64,000 nt of DNA from Candidatus Kapaibacterium sp. Its GTDB lineage: Bacteria > Bacteroidota > Ignavibacteria > Kapaibacteriales > UBA2268. The stretch covers positions 4,096,001-4,160,000 of the forward strand of contig OY762428.1 of assembly GCA_963665665.1 (NCBI GenBank). The letters run 5' to 3'. Positions 30,245 through 39,055 of the stretch are shown piece by piece. The notes under the pieces are model-generated. The model had not been told where the DNA came from and made no database searches. It saw nothing but the letters and a program-made list of their open reading frames with translations. Each line of letters starts with the position of its first letter. The first letter of the stretch is position 1. A program made the position numbers and the translations under genes.

Positions 30245-31741
30245 CTAAGATTTCATTTCTTTGATTTTATTGTCTTTTTTTAGAATTTCAACTACTTCCT
30301 TAGCCTTATCCATTTCACCATAGGGTATTGGAATATTTAGTTTGTAATCGTATCTGACTCCTCGCCGTCCTTGGTAAGTATAGATAATAAAGAGGATTGA
30401 TTGCTCTCCATATTCGATACCGGCATCTTCAAACCTGTTCCCGAATGATGTCCATGTGTGGAACTGTGTTCCCAGTATTACCCCGTCATTGGATATTACA
30501 CAAGCCGGTTTCGAATTTGATAATTTATTAGCCTGTATTCTGGGGACTATTATTGCAAAAAAAGCTAAAATTATAATCAATCCGATAGCAAAATAAATGA
30601 TTAATGCATTGTCAGTATCGTTCAGGATAATTATTACAGAAAAAATTGAGATGGTTAAAAAACTTACCAAAACCAACATTTTTGTATTAGTCTGAATTCT
30701 TTCTTTTAGATCGTGTTCAACAAAGTCTTTCCAGAAACTATCACTATAATTCCAAAGGGTCAGGTTATTATCATTGCTCTGGATTCTATCAAAAACGGAA
30801 GTTCGTCCAAGATAGTAGAATGAAAGATACAAGAAAATGAGCGCAAAAAAAGCACCCAGAAATATCATTGCTCCTCCGCCACGGGCTATATTAATTTCAA
30901 AAATAAACACGCTGAAAATTGAAAATATAGAAAGACAGGTTAAGATAATAAAAATCAAAGCCGGGATTCTTTGTGTATTCCTGAAATTCCTTTTTTCATT
31001 TGGGAAGAGTTTCTTTTTGGCTGATAAAAATACCGGGCTCAGAAGGATAATAAAAAATAATCCAATAACGTAATTCTTATAAATTGAGAAAGGGTGAAGA
31101 ATAAAATCTGGTACTGCCCTGCTTGTTTGGGTCAGTTTTCTTTGATAAAATTCTTCATTTCTGGAAAAGAATTCATTCCATTTTTCAATTTTTAGTCCCG
31201 TTTCAAATTGATTGTCGAAAATACAATATAACTTGTTCTTATTTTTAAACTTATCAAGGTACTGTTTTAACGGGAAATTTTCTTCGGGAAAAAACAGGGG
31301 GCCGTTGTTATATCTGCTTTCAAATGCAAATTTTTTGAAATTATCAGGTAAATTATTGTAATATTTAATGTTTTTAACCATAAGAACGGATTGAATTTCA
31401 TCGTCAGGTTTTAGTATAAGAAGTGAATCGCCTTTGGTTTTTTCAACATATTCCTTGATTGGTAAAGCAGCTAAAAACCTTATGCTATCAGGCAGTCTGC
31501 TTTCCTTAATGCTATCCAAAAGTTTACCTCTGGCACTGTGATTTCGAACACTGATTCCTCTTTCTTTTGCTATATCGTACATTTTTTCCTGATCATTGTT
31601 GTTGGGGAGTTTTAATGATTCCTGTTCATACGAAAAACTATATAAATCAATAACATAGATTGGCGGAGACTGACGGTAAGTGTTAAAAAAGAAGTAAATT
31701 GCAGCTATTAGAACCAATGAAGCAAAATAAATAATCCGCAT
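30245..31741 (-). CDS. Hypothetical multi-pass membrane protein
   Basis: Long ORF with an N-terminal anchor, a soluble domain and about five C-terminal TM segments; ATG at 31741 preferred. Confidence 0.7.
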   Translation of the reverse strand: MRIIYFASLVLIAAIYFFFNTYRQSPPIYVIDLYSFSYEQESLKLPNNNDQEKMYDIAKERGISVRNHSARGKLLDSIKESRLPDSIRFLAALPIKEYVEKTKGDSLLILKPDDEIQSVLMVKNIKYYNNLPDNFKKFAFESRYNNGPLFFPEENFPLKQYLDKFKNKNKLYCIFDNQFETGLKIEKWNEFFSRNEEFYQRKLTQTSRAVPDFILHPFSIYKNYVIGLFFIILLSPVFLSAKKKLFPNEKRNFRNTQRIPALIFIILTCLSIFSIFSVFIFEINIARGGGAMIFLGAFFALIFLYLSFYYLGRTSVFDRIQSNDNNLTLWNYSDSFWKDFVEHDLKERIQTNTKMLVLVSFLTISIFSVIIILNDTDNALIIYFAIGLIIILAFFAIIVPRIQANKLSNSKPACVISNDGVILGTQFHTWTSFGNRFEDAGIEYGEQSILFIIYTYQGRRGVRYDYKLNIPIPYGEMDKAKEVVEILKKDNKIKEMKS

Positions 31742-31831
31742 AATATAAATCCCAATAAATATTTTTTTTAAATTAGCTAAAAAAACAATTTTATCAAAGA
31801 ACATAAATTTATAATTATGCTTTTATAATGT

Positions 31832-31862
31832 AAAAAATGCCCGCAAAGATGTCTAAGCGGGC
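31832..31862 (-). terminator. Rho-independent terminator after cytochrome c peroxidase
   Basis: Minus strand GCCCGC...GCGGGC followed by ATTTTTT. Confidence 0.6.
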
Positions 31863-31889
31863 TTTAAAATTATATATCAGATTTTGTTT

Positions 31890-33245
31890 CTACAATTTTT
31901 TGTTATTATATTCTCCTGTTAGAGTACTAAGAAAATCAACTACCAGCGCAATTTCTTCTTTGCTCAGTTTTGTTTTAACCTGGTAGTTATTCATAATTTC
32001 CACTGCTTCTTCCAAAGTTTCAGCAGAAGCATCGTGCATGTAGGGTGGTGTTAAAGTAATATTTCGTAGTAGTGGTACTTTTTGCTTGTACATATCGTGT
32101 TCATTCTTGGTGAATTTGAACCTTCCCTGATCTGCCGGGGTAATTTCACTTCCCCTGTCAGCATAATAATCATCAAATAAACCCATGTATTCAAACGATT
32201 GTCCACCCATGGCTTCGCCCACATGGCAGGCTGCACAGCCAGCCTGCTTAAATGACCGATAGCCTTTCAACTGGTTTTCTGTGATTGCATTTTCATCTCC
32301 CATAAGGTATTTGTCGAACGAACAATTCGGAGTAATCAGAGTTTTTTCAAATTCAGCAATGGCATCAGTTATTGAATTTTCCGTAATGCCTTCTTTATAT
32401 ATTTCATCGAACCTGGCTTTAAGGGCTGTATCTGATTTCAACCTGGCAACTATGTCATCGAAACTTGCATTTCCCATCTCCTTAGCATCCATTGGGGGGC
32501 CTGCTGCCTGTGCTTGTAAGTCGGCTGCCCTGCCATCCCAGAACTGTGCAACATTATAAGCAGAGTTAAATACAGTAGGGGCATTAATTGGCCCATCCTG
32601 ATTTTTGATTCCCTTGGATACCGGCAGCCTGTCAACTCCGCCTTTGGCCAAATCATGGCAGGTTGCACAGGAAACGGTATTATCAGCTGAAATCCGGGTA
32701 TCATGGTAAAGGTCAAAACCAAGTGCTACTTTTGCAGGATCAGTTTTAAAATAATTCGAAATAGGCCTTACAGGTTCATTTTGCATTGATTCTACTGCAA
32801 GGTTTTTACCATAATCAGTCTTGCGTGAGCGTGTTGCCCATTCCAATATTATTTCTTTTTCATTTTCATTAAGTGAGCTACCCCAATGCATCATAGAATA
32901 TTGCACCGGAGGCATAAATTGATTAGTTGTTGTAAATTCAATTCTTGCCAGAACTGCTTCCGAAACAGGCTCGCCATTTTCAAATTTTTTGATACAATTA
33001 TCAAGGTTCATTGCTGCAATCCCGTTTTTAATATCATTGGAAACAGGAGGAATAGCAGAGTAAAAAGGCTTGTCGCTTTCAACAGAATGACAGCTTAAGC
33101 AGTCGTTGTCCTTAAGCACGGCAAATACTTTTTGGTGTTTTTTATCACCAGCGTTTTCCAGATTCGAGGAATGATCTTCAAAAAGATTGGCCAAAACGTA
33201 AATTGCAATAGCAATGCCAACCAAAGAGAGTAGAATTTTTTTCAT
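31890..33245 (-). CDS. Tri-heme cytochrome c peroxidase (YhjA-like)
   Basis: Three CxxCH motifs (CLSCH, CATCH, CAACH); NAPTVFN, QFWDGRA, KVPLLRNI, PYMHD. Confidence 0.92.
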   Translation of the reverse strand: MKKILLSLVGIAIAIYVLANLFEDHSSNLENAGDKKHQKVFAVLKDNDCLSCHSVESDKPFYSAIPPVSNDIKNGIAAMNLDNCIKKFENGEPVSEAVLARIEFTTTNQFMPPVQYSMMHWGSSLNENEKEIILEWATRSRKTDYGKNLAVESMQNEPVRPISNYFKTDPAKVALGFDLYHDTRISADNTVSCATCHDLAKGGVDRLPVSKGIKNQDGPINAPTVFNSAYNVAQFWDGRAADLQAQAAGPPMDAKEMGNASFDDIVARLKSDTALKARFDEIYKEGITENSITDAIAEFEKTLITPNCSFDKYLMGDENAITENQLKGYRSFKQAGCAACHVGEAMGGQSFEYMGLFDDYYADRGSEITPADQGRFKFTKNEHDMYKQKVPLLRNITLTPPYMHDASAETLEEAVEIMNNYQVKTKLSKEEIALVVDFLSTLTGEYNNKKL

Positions 33246-33419
33246 CGCATTTCCATTTTTTTATTAATAGTAATCCATAACTTGATAAATATATGAAAAT
33301 CTGGAATAAAATGAAATCATTTAAGGTAAATAATACCCTGCTCAAACAAACATGACTTGCTTCCGGGATAGGCAGCAAGGGATTATTGTGAACCGGATTG
33401 CCGGTCAGGACATTGTTTT

Positions 33420-35618
33420 TTATGTTTTCTTGCTTTTATTTAGCGGGAACTCAATAAAAAACACCGAACCCTTTCCGGGTTCACTTTCCGCCCATATTCT
33501 GCCTGAATGCATATCCATGAATTCTTTGCATAATATCAGTCCCAGCCCGGTACCTTTTTCATTGTCTGTTCCAACTGATGTCAGGTTTACATCAATTCTG
33601 AAAAGTTTATCAATATCTTCCTGAGACATTCCAATACCAGTATCGCTAACATAAGCTATAAGTTTTTTATCTTTTATATCAGCACCTACTGTGATTGTTC
33701 CCTGGTGAGGAGTGAATTTAATTGCATTTGATATCAGGTTTCTCATAACTGTCAGCATCATATTGGCATCAAAGTCAGCAAACAATTCCTCATTGGTTTT
33801 TGATATGAGTTTTATTTGTTTCATTTCGCTGTTCATACTAAGAAATTCAATATTTCTGTCAATTATTTGTTTGAAATTTCCGGATAAAGGTGTGAAATCG
33901 ATTTTACCTCTTTGCGACCTGGACCAGGTAAGTAAATTCTCCAATAAATTATACAGGTATCGGGATGATTTTGCCATTTCGGAAATGAAATCACGTTTTT
34001 CATCTTCACTAAAGTCATCATAATCTTTATCCATCAGTTCAAGAAGATTTTTAAAACTGCTGAACGGATTTTTCAAGTCATGAGCAATTATCGAAAAAAA
34101 CTTATCTTTTGTAGCATTCAGATCCTTTAAATTATTTTCTGATTTGACAAGGTGCTTATTTGCAGAATTAAGGTCACTGTTTGCTATTGCTAAGTTCCTT
34201 TCTGATTCAGAAAGTTTAATATTTGTTTCTTTAAGAAGTAAGTTGTTTTCTTCAAGGGTATTATTCAATCTTTTAATGATTTGTAATTTCTTCCAAAACA
34301 TAGTAATACCAATTAGAACAACAAGTGCAAAAATTGAGAGGATTATAATAATTATCTTTTGTTGTTTTATACTGTATTCTTTTAAAGCTCTTTCTTTCTT
34401 CAGGGAGTTAAGATTTCTTTCATTTTCCATACGGGTGGAAACTTCTTTTATGGAGAATTTGTTATATTTTTCGTAGACTGTATCTTTTATGGAGTTGTAA
34501 ATATTCTGATATTTACTGTATTTGTCGAAATTTTTAAATTTTTTAAAAGTTTCTGATAAATAGTATGAGCTTTCAAGTGCCGGTTTATAAAGATCATAAG
34601 TTGTTGACAGGTCTAAAGCATTTTTAGCAAATTCAATGGATTCATTAGATTTGTGATTACGATCAAAAAATTCAGCAAGGTTTAAATATCTGAACGCCAG
34701 GCTCTGCTTGTCGCCAACATTGATAAGTGTATCAAGCGAGGCTTTGATATACAATTCAGCTTTGTTAATATCTCCTTTATCTTCGAACAATAATCCAATT
34801 AAGTAAAGGCATCTTGCAAAATTAGCTCTTACTTCCAATTTTGATCCGATTTCATTATAATAAGCCGAATCAATTATTTGCAGGGCATGTTTGTAAGTAC
34901 TCAGAGCAGAATCATACTGTTTCTTCTGAAAATACATTTCGCCGATATATATCCAGGAATGTCCTATTCCGAATGTATGGTTTTGTTTCTTCCTGAATTC
35001 GAGCCCTTTTCTGAAAAAATACATAGCGGAATCATAAAGTCCTTTCTTCTGATAGCAAAGCCCAATGTTATTGTTAGCAACAGCTTTTCCGGTAAAGCTC
35101 CAATATGAATCCCTATCCTTCGGGTCAGTAATTTTTTCGCTGTTATATCCCAAAGAGTCAAATCCTATTTCTGCTGTTTTATAAAATTTTATTGCTTCAT
35201 CATACATCTGCTCGGAAAAATATATATTTCCAATAAATACATAAAGCCAGCAATAGTCTCCGTGAAAGCTGTCATCAATAAATTTCATCGCGGTATAGAA
35301 ATTTTCCAGAGCTCTGCCATTAAGCCCCTGGTCACGATAAATAGTTCCAATACTAACATAGTTGGCGGCACGAAAATTATCATTATTATACTTTTCTCCG
35401 AGCCTGATCATTTTATAATGGAAGTTCAAAGCCTTGAAAGGATTTGTACGGCGGTAGTAATCAGCAATGATCGAGTACTGCATTTTGGAGGGTTTATCAT
35501 ATTCTCCCTGTTTAACCTTAGCAATTAGCAAATTTGCCAGGCTGTCTGTGTTAGGAACTTCAGATTTAGCATAGCAAATAGAAAGAAATATTATTATAAT
35601 GATAAACTTTAATTTCAT
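33420..35618 (-). CDS. TPR-repeat sensor histidine kinase
   Basis: Signal peptide, TPRs (NNIGLCY), TM helix, AHDLKNP, NLISNAIKFT, DTGIGM, GTGLGL. Confidence 0.92.
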   Translation of the reverse strand: MKLKFIIIIIFLSICYAKSEVPNTDSLANLLIAKVKQGEYDKPSKMQYSIIADYYRRTNPFKALNFHYKMIRLGEKYNNDNFRAANYVSIGTIYRDQGLNGRALENFYTAMKFIDDSFHGDYCWLYVFIGNIYFSEQMYDEAIKFYKTAEIGFDSLGYNSEKITDPKDRDSYWSFTGKAVANNNIGLCYQKKGLYDSAMYFFRKGLEFRKKQNHTFGIGHSWIYIGEMYFQKKQYDSALSTYKHALQIIDSAYYNEIGSKLEVRANFARCLYLIGLLFEDKGDINKAELYIKASLDTLINVGDKQSLAFRYLNLAEFFDRNHKSNESIEFAKNALDLSTTYDLYKPALESSYYLSETFKKFKNFDKYSKYQNIYNSIKDTVYEKYNKFSIKEVSTRMENERNLNSLKKERALKEYSIKQQKIIIIILSIFALVVLIGITMFWKKLQIIKRLNNTLEENNLLLKETNIKLSESERNLAIANSDLNSANKHLVKSENNLKDLNATKDKFFSIIAHDLKNPFSSFKNLLELMDKDYDDFSEDEKRDFISEMAKSSRYLYNLLENLLTWSRSQRGKIDFTPLSGNFKQIIDRNIEFLSMNSEMKQIKLISKTNEELFADFDANMMLTVMRNLISNAIKFTPHQGTITVGADIKDKKLIAYVSDTGIGMSQEDIDKLFRIDVNLTSVGTDNEKGTGLGLILCKEFMDMHSGRIWAESEPGKGSVFFIEFPLNKSKKT

Positions 35619-35882
35619 AAAAACATATTCAGTAATTTGTAACTTTTAATATCACAATATACAATAAAACGGGCAAATATCAATTTGGGATTATAATGAA
35701 AAAATTCCTTATTACCATAGAAACAGACTATTGATAAATAACATACTATTACTCTGCCCGGAATTGTTATAAGAAACTGATTGCTTCACTCTTTCAATTA
35801 TAGTCTGACAAATAAACTTTACCCTGAGATAACACTATGATTAAACCAGACTATAGTCAGATGTATAATAGTGTATAATAAT

Positions 35883-36068
35883 CTATTTCTTCAGATCATA
35901 TTTCAATTTTATTTCGTTCTTTTTTTCTTCATCCAATGATGTCATGTATTGTTTCCAGCCCGGACACCAATTAATGTGCCAGCGCCAGAACCTTCCCCCG
36001 AGAGATTTAGGGTTTGAATCATACTTTGCTCTCATCTTACACGTTTCGCATCCTGGTTGGTTTGCCAT
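35883..36068 (-). CDS. Small Cys/Trp-rich hypothetical protein (61 aa)
   Basis: ATG at 36068; CETCKMRAKYD...RFWRWHINWCPGWKQYM; begins 17 nt after the upstream gene ends. Confidence 0.65.
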   Translation of the reverse strand: MANQPGCETCKMRAKYDSNPKSLGGRFWRWHINWCPGWKQYMTSLDEEKKNEIKLKYDLKK

Positions 36069-36085
36069 TGATCTTTCCTGATAAT

Positions 36086-37219
36086 TTATATAATATTTTT
36101 GAAATTGCCACAAATATTAAAATAAGCCTCGATCTCTACAAGTAGGTTTGCCCTGCATATATCTGCAATTACATAATTAATTGAATCTGATTCAATATTT
36201 GATTCGCAAATATTCCGAATGGTATCAATATCGCTCTTGTTTTTTATGTAAACTCTGAAATGGGAATCCGTAAATCCATTGTTATCGATATTATAGTCTT
36301 TGGATACTTTGTTTTTTAAAGCATTTATATTTTCTATTGTTTTTAATGTCTGTCCTACAGGATCATTAATATACAAAGTGTTTTCACCGCTGATTGAAGC
36401 AGTACCTGATATGAATAAAAGTCCGGTTTCTGCTGATAGAATTAGCTTTGCTCTTTCGAATTTGGGCGTTTTTTTGCCGCTGATTATTACACTGTCAGAA
36501 TATTTAGCCGGATCAATCTGCAGGGGATTCGAAATCTTAATAATTTTAGCATTATTATTTGGTACAAATCCGACAGCCTGTATCAGGCAGTTGCCTTTTA
36601 CCTGCCCGATTCCTGTTGCAGCGGGATAGCCCGATTCCCATTTTGTATGAGAATATGCTTTTTCCCTTTGCTCGTTTACAATCTGGTAATTCTGTTTCTT
36701 TCTTCCATCCAAATTAGTAAACCCGATTATATCAGGAACGTAATGCCACGCGCGGACAATATTACTCATGCCGCAGGCCCGAATAATTGTTTCTTCATAT
36801 TCAAGAAAGACATTCCTGCTAAATAAATCAGATTCAAAAGGTTCGAAGAAATAAAGCCTGCCCTGTGGATATTCTATCTGAATTTGCAGGTGCTTTTTAC
36901 TATTTATAAACTTTATATCTGAATTACTTTTAGAGGCAAGCATCAGTTCTGCCGATGCAACAGTTCCGTCTGCCGGAGGCTCGCCAATTACAGATATTAT
37001 TATCTTGTCTGAAATATCTGAAAACCTGTCATCAATTATTCGTTTTGCGGACAGGTACTCATTTCTGTTATGATAACAGCAGAAAATATTAAGCGAAACA
37101 GGAATAAAATCATTATCAAACTGATCTATATAGAAGTTATACTGATTGTAAATGAATAAAATAGCCTCGGAAAAACTTTCCGTTCTGTCAATGTTTATAT
37201 TTTGGAACTTTAATCTCAT
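36086..37219 (-). CDS. YjgF/RidA-superfamily protein, chorismatase FkbO/Hyg5-like
   Basis: IVRAWHYV, YPAATGIG, SNPLQ, FERAK, ISGTASI, ADICRANLLVEIEA. Confidence 0.75.
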   Translation of the reverse strand: MRLKFQNINIDRTESFSEAILFIYNQYNFYIDQFDNDFIPVSLNIFCCYHNRNEYLSAKRIIDDRFSDISDKIIISVIGEPPADGTVASAELMLASKSNSDIKFINSKKHLQIQIEYPQGRLYFFEPFESDLFSRNVFLEYEETIIRACGMSNIVRAWHYVPDIIGFTNLDGRKKQNYQIVNEQREKAYSHTKWESGYPAATGIGQVKGNCLIQAVGFVPNNNAKIIKISNPLQIDPAKYSDSVIISGKKTPKFERAKLILSAETGLLFISGTASISGENTLYINDPVGQTLKTIENINALKNKVSKDYNIDNNGFTDSHFRVYIKNKSDIDTIRNICESNIESDSINYVIADICRANLLVEIEAYFNICGNFKNII

Positions 37220-37360
37220 CTGAAATGAACTAAAATCATTTTAATACGTTATCAAAATATCCGAATATTACAAAATTATAACAAAATAACATATAATTTG
37301 TATATTCAAATAGCAGGAATGGAAAAAAATATTTTAAAATTTTCAATTGGAGAAAAAATT

Positions 37361-38152
37361 ATGAAAAAATTAATGTCAATTATGCTAACTCTCACGGTTG
37401 TGGCTTTCATGGCTTCCTGTTCGGAAGATGATAACGGAACTGATCCGAATACAAACGAAGAAAAAACTTACTACCCGATGACAAACGGCGATACATGGAT
37501 TTATAATTACGTCGGGCTGGACCAGAGCGAACAGCCGAAAGACGGAACTGAAACATCTGATACTGTTACTATTACGGGAGCCGAAATGTATATGGGCCAG
37601 GAGGCGACTATTTTTGAAATGTCTTCAAGCGACGGATCAAGCAGAACAACACACATGTATAAGGACGGGAAAAAGCTCTTTGCTTCTGTAATGTATATTC
37701 TTCCCGGCGGTGATGATCTTGGAGTATTTGGCGATTTACCGATCTTTCCCGATACTGATACCTGGGTTCTGCTCGCCGATCCTGATCAGTCGAAATGGGA
37801 TCTTTTGTCTATACCGATTGAAGATTACAGTTTGGATTATAGCGGTGTTACAATAACTGTTGATGGTGATTTTTCTTATTCAGTTGAGAAAGGCTCCAAA
37901 GCGGAATGGGTTATTGGCGGTTCAAAAACCAACGTTCAGGAATACAAAGTAATATACAAATTTGACGGTACTTTTTCCTTAGCCTGGCCAATTGAAAAAG
38001 TAATTACCCTTACTAATCATTATTGGTTTGCTGAAGGTATCGGTCTTGTTAAACGGCAGCTTGATCCGGAAACATTTGATATTTTAAGTTTCCCGATTGA
38101 AATCGACGGCAATAAGAGTGAAATAGATTCATATAATGTAACGGAGGAATAA
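37361..38152 (+). CDS. Hypothetical lipoprotein
   Basis: ATG at 37361 after GGAG; lipobox MASC; YYPMTNGDTWIY; WFAEGIGLVK. Confidence 0.75.
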   Translation: MKKLMSIMLTLTVVAFMASCSEDDNGTDPNTNEEKTYYPMTNGDTWIYNYVGLDQSEQPKDGTETSDTVTITGAEMYMGQEATIFEMSSSDGSSRTTHMYKDGKKLFASVMYILPGGDDLGVFGDLPIFPDTDTWVLLADPDQSKWDLLSIPIEDYSLDYSGVTITVDGDFSYSVEKGSKAEWVIGGSKTNVQEYKVIYKFDGTFSLAWPIEKVITLTNHYWFAEGIGLVKRQLDPETFDILSFPIEIDGNKSEIDSYNVTEE

Positions 38153-38156
38153 TGAT

Positions 38157-38984
38157 ATGAGGAAATTATTGTTTTTAATACTTATTGCTGTTCCTGCTTT
38201 TTTTATTTCATGTGGAGATGATGAAAGTACCGGCCCGTCTAAACCCTCAACCGAAAACCTGCTTCCCGAAACTGTGGGTAGCTGGTGGGTATATGCCACT
38301 TATGAACTGGATACATTGAACAACAGGACTTCGGACGATCCGGTTTATGATTCTACCGTCGTGGCAGGTATGGAATCTATGGCCGGAAAATTGGCTACGA
38401 TCTATTCCTCAATTACTCTGCCTTATGATCCCCTGGATTTGATTGTGAGCCAGTATTATTCTTATGACCGAACAAATAACCGGATTTACATGTTTTCGGG
38501 AATGATCTATGATTTTATCCCCCTGGAACTGCCATTCCAGTTGCCAAAGGACCTGACAGAAAACTGGCTTCTTGTTGCTGATACCGAAGGTACTGAATGG
38601 ACTGCTTTCGAACATAGATATGAAAACGATACAATATCGATTGAAACATTAGGTTCTGCTATTTTGAATGGCGATCTGAAGGTAGTAGTTACCAATGAAG
38701 GTTCGGAAATGCTTGAAACTTCAGAAGGTAAGATCAATACATGGAAATTTAAAATTAATCTTGCCATTTTCAATTCTACTGTTAAATCAGATGCTTGGGG
38801 CGATCTGGAAATACCTATCACACTTGACAGGGATATGTATGTTAATTTTGCCAGTAATATCGGCCTTATCAGGATGAAGATGGACCTTCTTGAATCATCT
38901 ATTCCCGGGCTGGAAATCCCAAAATTCCCCGGATATGAAAGAATATTGGAAAGATGGCGGGTTTTGGTTAATGCCGTTGATTAG
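38157..38984 (+). CDS. Hypothetical lipoprotein, likely paralog of the preceding gene
   Basis: Lipobox FISC; LLPETVGSWWVY; FASNIGLIR. Confidence 0.75.
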   Translation: MRKLLFLILIAVPAFFISCGDDESTGPSKPSTENLLPETVGSWWVYATYELDTLNNRTSDDPVYDSTVVAGMESMAGKLATIYSSITLPYDPLDLIVSQYYSYDRTNNRIYMFSGMIYDFIPLELPFQLPKDLTENWLLVADTEGTEWTAFEHRYENDTISIETLGSAILNGDLKVVVTNEGSEMLETSEGKINTWKFKINLAIFNSTVKSDAWGDLEIPITLDRDMYVNFASNIGLIRMKMDLLESSIPGLEIPKFPGYERILERWRVLVNAVD

Positions 38985-39001
38985 ATGAATTGGAAAAAAA
39001 T

Positions 39002-39041
39002 AAAAAAAACTCCTTACGTATATTTCGCAAGGAGTTTTTTT
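39002..39041. terminator. Bidirectional terminator
   Basis: AAAAAAAACTCCTT...AAGGAGTTTTTTT between convergent genes. Confidence 0.7.
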
Positions 39042-39055
39042 CTATTTCACTTATC

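Noticed and set aside
35780-35882. Weak ~11-nt periodicity (GACTATAGTC / TGTATAATA)
   Set aside because: Too short and degenerate to distinguish from AT-rich background
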